A DNA stretch of 18,762 nt from a virus: the IMG/VR virus record IMGVR_UViG_3300045988_018182, positions 1 through 18,762 of that record. One strand, given 5' to 3'. Position numbers and translations under genes: made by a program. Of the stretch, positions 1 to 5,990 are shown one piece after another. Every line of letters begins with the position of its first letter. The stretch's first letter is position 1. The notes beneath the pieces are model-generated. The model was not told the origin of the DNA, ran no database searches, and was given only the letters and a program-made list of their open reading frames with translations.

Positions 1-109
1 GGGAGGGGTATGGGTTTGTGTGAAGATTTTCCCTTGTGGTTTTTTTTATATGTGTATTATTTTTTTTTGTTCTGTGTCTTTGTTGACTGTTTGTTGTGTT
101 TATGCCTCT

Positions 110-138
110 ATTGTATTTTTTTTAGCCCAGCCTGTCAA
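110..138 (-). promoter_or_regulatory. Outward-facing sigma70-type promoter in left ITR (TTGACA-17 nt-TACAAT)
   Basis: The minus strand reads TTGACA (138-133), a 17-nt spacer ggctgggctaaaaaaaa, then TACAAT (115-110). It points toward nt 1. Confidence 0.5.
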
Positions 139-192
139 GTTTTTTTATTTTGGGCGTGTTGTTTGTTTTCGGGCGTGTCGTGTTTTTGTTTG

Positions 193-201
193 TGTTATAG
201 T
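193..201 (+). promoter_or_regulatory. Putative inward extended -10 promoter in left ITR (TGtTATAGT)
   Basis: TGtTATAGT at 193-201 lies about 15 nt upstream of the SD AAGGGAAGG (217-225) and ATG 235. It has the same TGnTATAAT form as four other intergenic sites in this genome. There is no good -35. Confidence 0.4.
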
Positions 202-234
202 GTAGTTATCAACTTCAAGGGAAGGAAAAATAAA

Positions 235-480
235 ATGATGATTTCAAATATGACTCTCAAGGAAAAGAATGAATTTCTCGCCACTTTGTGGGATGACCCG
301 TCTGTAACGCTTCATGGCGTCAAGGACGGTGTTACGAGTTCGATTGATCGTGATCAGGCCGTTGATGATTACGGCATGGCTCTATATGATTCGTATCAAT
401 TCCTTTTGCCTTATGAAACGGATGACTGTTTGCTTCTGTTTTCTGCTGAGGACTTGGAAGTGTTCGCTCGGACGTGGTAA
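235..480 (+). CDS. Hypothetical acidic early protein (81 aa), left-terminal gene
   Basis: ATG 235 (a second ATG at 238) follows the ITR-encoded SD AAGGGAAGG. The longer track ORF 10..480 is a stop-free ITR artefact. By my count there are about 16 D/E against about 5 K/R. No recognisable family. It is the only plus-strand gene and converges on the endolysin gene. Confidence 0.6.
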   Translation: MMISNMTLKEKNEFLATLWDDPSVTLHGVKDGVTSSIDRDQAVDDYGMALYDSYQFLLPYETDDCLLLFSAEDLEVFARTW

Positions 481-485
481 TAGTA

Positions 486-519
486 AAGCCCCTAGGTTAT
501 TAACCTAGGGGCTTATTTT
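486..519. terminator. Bidirectional rho-independent terminator
   Basis: AAGCCCCTAGGTT att AACCTAGGGGCTT (13-bp stem) is followed by ATTTTA on the plus strand and preceded by an A-rich run (U-rich on the minus strand). It lies between the convergent genes ending at 480 and 531. Confidence 0.8.
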
Positions 520-530
520 ATGCCGTTAAT

Positions 531-1208
531 TTAAGCGAATACGAGATACCATGCTGATTTATCGGCTGGGGCTAGTGCGACGTATCGGGTTGCGCCTGAA
601 CCACCGACATAGTGTGCCCAAATGTATCCGTCTGCGACTGTGCCGCCTTCGGCGAGGTTGACGGTTTGGCCGTAATGATACTGGGCTACTACCTGTGCTG
701 AGGTGGACGGGGCTGATCGTACGTTGAGCGTGTCTACGTTGACCTTGTAAGTTCGGGCGGTGATGGTTACATTATTGTTGTTCGGTGCGGGTGCCGGTGC
801 GCTTGCCGTGCGCGGGTGGAAGTATCCGATGATTCCGGCCTTGCCGATCGTAACGTATCCGGCCTTGTTTGGATTTTGCGACATGGTGTTAAGGGTGCCG
901 TTGCCGTTGTCTCGTACCACGATGGCGACATGATTCATGCCCGCACCGTTCCAAAATGCCACGTCACCGTAAGACGGCGTGTAGTTGGCTCCTTCTCGGC
1001 TGAATGTGTTTTGCAGTACTTGGGAGCGGTTGTAACGATCAGTGCATACGCTTGCTGCGTATCCGTCTACGGTGTTGGTGTCTGCGGCTGGAATGCCGTA
1101 TACGTTGCGTGCGTAGCTGCTCCATAGGTCCCAGCATTGCCCGCCATAGGCACCGTCCATGTCTACAACCTGTCCGTTAACCGAGTTCATCCATTCTTGA
1201 ATGTTCAT
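531..1208 (-). CDS. Endolysin, N-terminal CHAP amidase/peptidase + C-terminal SH3b-like wall-binding domain (225 aa)
   Basis: I moved the start to ATG 1208 (MNIQEW...), which has the SD AGAAGGAAA and lies 1 nt after the holin stop. CHAP signature: DMDGAYGGQCWDLW ... HVAIVV. The linker is SAPAPAPNNNN. The C-terminus YKVNVDTLNVRSAPSTSAQVV...GYIWAHY is SH3b-like. Last gene of the lysis cassette. Confidence 0.85.
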   Translation of the reverse strand: MNIQEWMNSVNGQVVDMDGAYGGQCWDLWSSYARNVYGIPAADTNTVDGYAASVCTDRYNRSQVLQNTFSREGANYTPSYGDVAFWNGAGMNHVAIVVRDNGNGTLNTMSQNPNKAGYVTIGKAGIIGYFHPRTASAPAPAPNNNNVTITARTYKVNVDTLNVRSAPSTSAQVVAQYHYGQTVNLAEGGTVADGYIWAHYVGGSGATRYVALAPADKSAWYLVFA

Positions 1209-1209
1209 G

Positions 1210-1581
1210 TTAGTTTTCCTTCTTATGTTTGGGGGTATTGTTGTTTGCGAATACACTCATAAACGGTGCGTCCGCTAGCTCTGGATTGATGGCGGTGATG
1301 TTTTCGAGAATTGAGGTAAGCTCAATCAGGCTGATACCGCCTACCGTGCAAACGAACACGCTGATCGGAAGTCCGAGGTCAACATGGAGATTGATCATGT
1401 CCACGAAATAGGCTACCAAAGTGAGCATGAGGTAGGCGAACTTATGCCATAAGCCTTGACGCATTCTTTGGGAGCTGAGCGTGTCGTTGAGTATGGCCTT
1501 GGCAAGTCCGGTCACGTAGTCTACGATGATGAAAAAGACTACCGCGAACACACACCATACGTCCGTTGATGTCATTGTCAT
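1210..1581 (-). CDS. Holin (phage holin 4_1 / LL-H-TcdE-like family, 123 aa)
   Basis: Three hydrophobic segments and the family-typical DYVTG motif after TM1. It lies directly upstream of the endolysin. SD AAAGGA. Confidence 0.8.
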   Translation of the reverse strand: MTMTSTDVWCVFAVVFFIIVDYVTGLAKAILNDTLSSQRMRQGLWHKFAYLMLTLVAYFVDMINLHVDLGLPISVFVCTVGGISLIELTSILENITAINPELADAPFMSVFANNNTPKHKKEN

Positions 1582-1595
1582 TGATATTATCCTTT

Positions 1596-2663
1596 CTATT
1601 TTCCTAACAATTCACCGATGATCAGGCCGAAATCGGCCTTGACCTGTGAGTCATCAAATCTTATTTTGCCCAGTCGGTAGCCGGTGGTGAGTCGCCGTAT
1701 GATATCATCCGATTTTTTGACGTACCATGTTTTTTCGTCAACATGATTGGGGTCGAGCGTGTAGACGGGGCGAGTATTGTCTTTCGGAATACGTCGTGAA
1801 ACATATTGTGAAACATGCCCGTCACGTTCGGACACGGAAACCCAAATACCAAAACGCGCATAATCGGTAGTGTCCAAAACATAAGACAGTCCGCCGTCTG
1901 CTGGAATGGGGGCTAGTAGCGTGTCGGATTCGTCACGGAATTTATTGCGTATTGCATAGTCCGCGTAATCCCCGTCGTACTGCTCCAAAAATCTACCGAA
2001 TTTTGACTTGGCGACTTTCGCGCTGAATCCGCCGTAATCAGCTAATTCCAAACACACGAACCCCCCGCAATACAACTTATATTGTTGCTGATTCGCTTGC
2101 TGAGCACCAATGTCCAACCGGTATTTCGCGAAATAGGGGTTCGCTTTTTGCACCGCGTTGGACAAAAACAGCACTTTTGTCCTATCTTGCCAACGGTCTA
2201 CCGTGTTATAAAACTCGCTGAAACTGTTTACCTCATTGCTCAAAAACCTGAGGTTGTCGGGAAAGATTTCGTCGAAAACAATCAAGTGCACTTTAGGGTA
2301 GGCTACCGATTTCAGACCACCGGCTTGTGAGAGTGCGACGAAATAGCAGCATGTACGCCAATCTTTTTCATCCCATGATGTCTTATGAATCTGTCCTTTT
2401 TCGCCATTCACGCGAAACTCATACTGTGGAAAAAATTCCTGAATGTCCTTGAAAAACGTTTCCTTGCGGTGTTGTTCTACGTCCGTGCGACGAAGATAAA
2501 TAAATTCATGGCCATTTTTAATAAACTCTTTAATGCCGTATCGTTTTGCGGCAAAAGTCTTGCCAAGGCCACGTGCGCCGATCACGAAATTCCACGGCGC
2601 GTTACGGGTGAGCAAATTATGCAAATCGTAGTAGTCGTCTTCAGCCAATGTCTGTAACGCCAT
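1596..2663 (-). CDS. DNA encapsidation (packaging) ATPase, phi29 gp16-like (355 aa)
   Basis: WNFVIGARGLGKTFAAKRYGIKEFIKNGHEFIYLRR closely parallels phi29 gp16 LNFVIGARGIGKSYAMKVYPINRFIKYGEQFIYVRR (Walker A). Walker B is HLIVFDEIF. SD AGGAGG. Confidence 0.93.
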   Translation of the reverse strand: MALQTLAEDDYYDLHNLLTRNAPWNFVIGARGLGKTFAAKRYGIKEFIKNGHEFIYLRRTDVEQHRKETFFKDIQEFFPQYEFRVNGEKGQIHKTSWDEKDWRTCCYFVALSQAGGLKSVAYPKVHLIVFDEIFPDNLRFLSNEVNSFSEFYNTVDRWQDRTKVLFLSNAVQKANPYFAKYRLDIGAQQANQQQYKLYCGGFVCLELADYGGFSAKVAKSKFGRFLEQYDGDYADYAIRNKFRDESDTLLAPIPADGGLSYVLDTTDYARFGIWVSVSERDGHVSQYVSRRIPKDNTRPVYTLDPNHVDEKTWYVKKSDDIIRRLTTGYRLGKIRFDDSQVKADFGLIIGELLGK

Positions 2664-2678
2664 GTCTGCTCACCTCCT

Positions 2679-2722
2679 AAAACAATGGGGAGCGTAACGT
2701 CATGACCACCGTTACACTCCCC
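2679..2722 (-). terminator. Intrinsic terminator-like hairpin + U tract directly upstream of ATPase SD
   Basis: Minus-strand RNA GGGGAGUGUAACG (2722-2710), a 10-nt loop, CGUUACGCUCCCC (2699-2687), then AUUGUUUU (2686-2679), then AGGAGG. The stem is perfect only on the minus-strand RNA: the one odd position is G.U there and C/A on the plus strand. Confidence 0.6.
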
Positions 2723-2765
2723 TATTGGTTACGGTCGGCTCAAGGGAAGTTATCACATGCCGACA
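2679..2765 (-). ncRNA. Candidate ~86-nt small RNA or leader with an anti-SD apical loop (targets polymerase and early-gene SD regions)
   Basis: The extended -10 at 2780-2772 places the transcription start site (TSS) near 2766-2764. Hairpin 1 is GUCGGC (2764-2759) / GCCGAC (2739-2734) with the loop AUGUGAUAACUUCCCUUGA, and the terminator hairpin follows. Loop nt 2753-2740 are exactly complementary to mRNA 14365-14352. Confidence 0.4.
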
Positions 2766-2771
2766 CGTATC

Positions 2772-2780
2772 ATTATACCA
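2772..2780 (-). promoter_or_regulatory. Putative extended -10 promoter TGgTATAAT
   Basis: The minus strand reads TGG TATAAT 7 nt after the lysin stop codon (2789-2787). There is no convincing -35. Confidence 0.45.
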
Positions 2781-2786
2781 CACATA

Positions 2787-4001
2787 TTAGAATGCGGGCG
2801 GATTCGATCTACCATCCCACACGGTCAGCAGCGAGTATGCCTGATTGTACCGGCTTACGTATGGCTGGAACGGGTACGTGCTCAAAATATTGGTTTTGAG
2901 CTGCGCGAGATTCGACGCTTTCGGCACCTTCAAGGCGTTTGCCGGCGACTGGTGATATGCGGTCACCCACAAGATTTGCATTTTATCATCACCATACTCT
3001 TGTGGATATCCCGCGTAGTCTTCGGCAAACTGTTTGCGCTGCCCCTCATGCGATTCGCCACGTGCCGCCCATGTCCGGAATGCCGCTGCTTCCGTCGAGG
3101 TGAGCGGTCGAGTGAAATCGCCCCCCGATTCCATGAGTCCCGCAATCTCAGGAGCCGTGCTTTTGAATGCGGCGTAGCCGGTAGGGTCGGCTTCCCGCAT
3201 CTTGTTAAGCACTTGCAAGCGTCGCCCGAAACTCCATTGTGCAATACCGATGCCTTGGAGATTGGCTGCTTCCACTGCATCCCACTGCAGACCGGATTCA
3301 ACCGTGCCGATCACATAGAGCGCATACGAGTTTTCCGGTGATGTCGAGCTGGATGGGTGCCCTTGGCCTTGTGAGTCTGATGGTTGCCCCTGTGATGCTT
3401 TTTCAGAAAAATTGTTGGCCGTTGTCTTATAGAAAATACGAGTATGTGACCCGCTATTGTCCGTTTCATGCAAGTATAGGTTGTCTCCCTGCCAGTGTAT
3501 CCACGCCCCCCTCCGTCCGGAATCAGGGTGTCCCTGATTGTTGTCGCCGGTGGGATTGTCCACGTCCGACTTAGGCATGGTACGGGGATGCAAGTAGCCT
3601 AACAGTCCGTCGATTGGGAACCATTTGAGCGCACTTGCGTCCGGATTTTGCGTGATGATATAAATGCTGTTGTTTTTCACGCCCTCATTGCCGGCGACTA
3701 TGGCAACATGAGTGTATGGAGTATACGTGCCGTACCCCCATATTGCCACGTCACCCGCCACCGGCGAGTATCCGCTTGCTGGAATTCGCTCGTACACTTG
3801 CTCGCACCGTGCGGATACGGGGTATGACGTGTATAAGCCTCCCGCATAGCCGGTTGGGGTTATGCAGTCCTGAATGGACATGCCGTACATGTCCATACTG
3901 TATTTCGCCCACAGGTCCCAGCATTGCGCGCCATACGCGCCGTCCATGTCCCAAAAACGGTTTTTCGTCTGATCAATCCATTGATTAAAAGTAATAGCCA
4001 T
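2787..4001 (-). CDS. Virion-associated peptidoglycan hydrolase (phi29 gp13 position): N-terminal CHAP + C-terminal lysozyme/transglycosylase-like domain (404 aa)
   Basis: The N-terminus FWDMDGAYGAQCWDLW ... HVAIV is a CHAP domain paralogous to the endolysin's. The C-terminal part has IGTVESGLQWDAVEAANLQGIGIAQWS, a lysozyme-like catalytic-Glu context. It lies between the appendage and ATPase genes, as gp13 does. Confidence 0.7.
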   Translation of the reverse strand: MAITFNQWIDQTKNRFWDMDGAYGAQCWDLWAKYSMDMYGMSIQDCITPTGYAGGLYTSYPVSARCEQVYERIPASGYSPVAGDVAIWGYGTYTPYTHVAIVAGNEGVKNNSIYIITQNPDASALKWFPIDGLLGYLHPRTMPKSDVDNPTGDNNQGHPDSGRRGAWIHWQGDNLYLHETDNSGSHTRIFYKTTANNFSEKASQGQPSDSQGQGHPSSSTSPENSYALYVIGTVESGLQWDAVEAANLQGIGIAQWSFGRRLQVLNKMREADPTGYAAFKSTAPEIAGLMESGGDFTRPLTSTEAAAFRTWAARGESHEGQRKQFAEDYAGYPQEYGDDKMQILWVTAYHQSPANALKVPKASNLAQLKTNILSTYPFQPYVSRYNQAYSLLTVWDGRSNPPAF

Positions 4002-4035
4002 ATCACCATTATAGGCGATATGGCTATCCGTGTGG

Positions 4036-5826
4036 TTATTGGGCCGCTATGGTTTTAATAACCGGTGTTGTCTGTACCGCTATGGTTGGGGTTTCAGTGG
4101 CGACACCACCTTTCGTAAAGAGCGTGATTCCTGTTCTATTGGGATGAATTGTTATGTTCTTATAGCTATTGCGAAGAGTGGTGGTGTTTTTTAAGTATAT
4201 GACCCTATAGCGCAATCCGAGCTTATTGGTTTTTGAATCGGAAACGCATATTGGGAAAGAGTTGTTTCCGTCATATAGGAACCCCCTCGTTGAATATTTT
4301 ATCGAATCTGCGGTAAATGTCATGTTTCTAACGTAAATATCTGATAGATTGTCTATTTCGATAGTGACTTCACCGTATGGCTCTAGTGATTTGGATGTAA
4401 AAACAGAAATGCTCTGAGTCATTTCTTCGTACAATACTCCAATGGGGATATAACCGTTTGAACTGTCCGTTACGCCGTAAAATAAACTTGAATGATACGA
4501 GCTTTTTCCATAGTTTGGCATTACAGGCATAAGACAGTTATCACCGTATGTGTCTACGTTGGAGAATTTCACGTTCTCAAAATTAAATGTATACTGATCG
4601 TTTTTTACCCCTACGAGCGGTGTTGCCGCATGACTGTCTTCAAGGAATCTCGCATATAATCCGTCACAGCGCAGTCGGGCGTTGTATGATACCTTGAATG
4701 TCACGGTATCCGTATTAAGTTTTGCATACGTGTAGTGATATACGTTGGTAAAATAAGCGTCAATGTATTTGGATTGCACACCGATGGCTATAGTATCAAT
4801 GTAGATGTTGTTACCAAAATATACCCCATTTGCAAGATCATAGCAGACGGCGTTCTGGAATGATGGATTGTTGAATGAGTGAACCGTGTCGAACATCATT
4901 CCGCCACCGTTGCATTTAAAATGCGTATGGCAATATGTCGTGTAGACGTTGACGAACTGACAATCCGTGCCGTTGAGATAAAACCCGTACTGGGAATCCG
5001 CGCTTTCCTTGAGCATGTTAACCCTGATATTGGTGAAAAGCATGTCCAGTGCTTGAGTTCTTTTTGCATAGAATGACGCTACCTTGGCACCTTTGACCGT
5101 CATGTTCGAAATGCTTACGCCGTATACGTCCTGTTCGAAACTCCAGCAATTATCACACAGGCCAGCACAGTCGTACACACCGCCGGTGATTGTCGCCCCA
5201 TATGTCTTTTCGCCGTTTTCGGAGTATGCTCCAAAATCGAACATGTCCGTCATATTTGCCGTTGCGACGAACCTTGCATTAGGTTCGGCGTAGAAGGTGA
5301 ACGGATTCGTCGTGTTCTTTGGAATGTCGATAGTTTTGTCCAAATGGTAGGTTCCGGCGGGGAAGTACACGCCGTTAAACGGATTGTCCTTGATATACGC
5401 ATTGATGAGGTCGGACACCGAATATGATGCGTCGTTAGGGATGCCGTGTAGCACGACATTGCAGTTTGAGGTGATTTCGTGGGCGGCCTTTTCTGCCTTT
5501 TCCGCGGTTTCGACTCCGAGCGCCGTCAATGCTTGAGTGTTGCTGTCGGCCTTGCTTGCGGCGGCGGTAGCGTCCGTCCCCGCCTTGTCCCACTTGGTTT
5601 TCGCTGCGGTTGCGGCATCCACCGTATTATCCCCCAGCAGTGCCTTCGTGACTTCCTCATCATGGGCTTCACGCGATTCCACCGATTCGATACGGTTCAA
5701 ATGTTTTTCGAGCGTGTCGTCAATGGTATGCATACTGCCGTTGTATCCGTCGCGCAAGTCGGCGGGGTCATTGTCGCCATACAGATTTAGCGCGTAATTG
5801 TCGGTTTTATCGTAAACGGTGCTCAT
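4036..5826 (-). CDS. Tail appendage / receptor-binding protein with pectate-lyase-like beta-helix (phi29 gp12 position, 596 aa)
   Basis: An N-terminal anchor (YDKTDNYALNLYGDNDPADLRDGYNGSM) and a coiled-coil segment are followed by VVLHGIPNDASY...VYFPAGTYHLDKTIDIP and a repetitive N/G/Y-rich beta-helix-like body. The position is syntenic. Confidence 0.65.
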   Translation of the reverse strand: MSTVYDKTDNYALNLYGDNDPADLRDGYNGSMHTIDDTLEKHLNRIESVESREAHDEEVTKALLGDNTVDAATAAKTKWDKAGTDATAAASKADSNTQALTALGVETAEKAEKAAHEITSNCNVVLHGIPNDASYSVSDLINAYIKDNPFNGVYFPAGTYHLDKTIDIPKNTTNPFTFYAEPNARFVATANMTDMFDFGAYSENGEKTYGATITGGVYDCAGLCDNCWSFEQDVYGVSISNMTVKGAKVASFYAKRTQALDMLFTNIRVNMLKESADSQYGFYLNGTDCQFVNVYTTYCHTHFKCNGGGMMFDTVHSFNNPSFQNAVCYDLANGVYFGNNIYIDTIAIGVQSKYIDAYFTNVYHYTYAKLNTDTVTFKVSYNARLRCDGLYARFLEDSHAATPLVGVKNDQYTFNFENVKFSNVDTYGDNCLMPVMPNYGKSSYHSSLFYGVTDSSNGYIPIGVLYEEMTQSISVFTSKSLEPYGEVTIEIDNLSDIYVRNMTFTADSIKYSTRGFLYDGNNSFPICVSDSKTNKLGLRYRVIYLKNTTTLRNSYKNITIHPNRTGITLFTKGGVATETPTIAVQTTPVIKTIAAQ

Positions 5827-5990
5827 TGGTTGGCTCCTTTGGTTTCTCGGATAAGGGTTTCCAGTTGATGGATTTTTTGGTCTAGCGCCCTCATGGACTC
5901 ATTATATCCGTCTCGCAAGTCCATGGGCGTATCATCCGTGTAGAGGGGTAATGCGAGGTATCGTGTCTTGTCATATTGGCTGTTGGTCAT
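5823..5990 (-). CDS. Unlisted 55-aa ORF: stand-alone copy of the appendage N-terminal anchor motif
   Basis: My own translation: MTNSQYDKTRYLALPLYTDDTPMDLRDGYNESMRALDQKIHQLETLIRETKGANQ. ATGA overlaps couple it to both neighbours (5990-5987 and 5826-5823). By eye, about half of its first 40 residues match the N-terminus of the 596-aa protein. Confidence 0.6.
   Translation of the reverse strand: MTNSQYDKTRYLALPLYTDDTPMDLRDGYNESMRALDQKIHQLETLIRETKGANQ

Larger units (their letters stand above)
1..237. repeat. Left inverted terminal repeat (ITR)
   Basis: It is the reverse complement of 18527-18762. Track ORFs 10..480(+)/18466..18753(-) and 20..205(+)/18558..18743(-) translate identically in two frames across it, and I checked the tips base by base. 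It is identical through nt 229; the left copy has A5 (226-230) where the right has A4, then taaaATG is shared. The inward-reading strand is very G+T-rich with long T runs. Confidence 0.95.

Noticed and set aside
10-480. Long Phe/Cys/Leu-rich ORFs running through both ITRs: 10..480 and 20..205 on the plus strand, 18466..18753 and 18558..18743 on the minus strand.
   Set aside because: These are artefacts of the G+T-rich ITR, where the scarcity of A removes stop codons. The composition is not protein-like. The real genes most likely start at the ITR-internal SD and ATG (235 and 18529).
2757-3341. 194-aa plus-strand ORF whose start region (tcaagggaagttat-cac-ATG) copies the polymerase start region.
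   Set aside because: The protein is R/C/H-rich, looks like antisense junk, and lies entirely antisense to the lysin C-terminal domain. I found no plus-strand promoter. It is kept as the alternative explanation for the 14-nt repeat in the sRNA finding.
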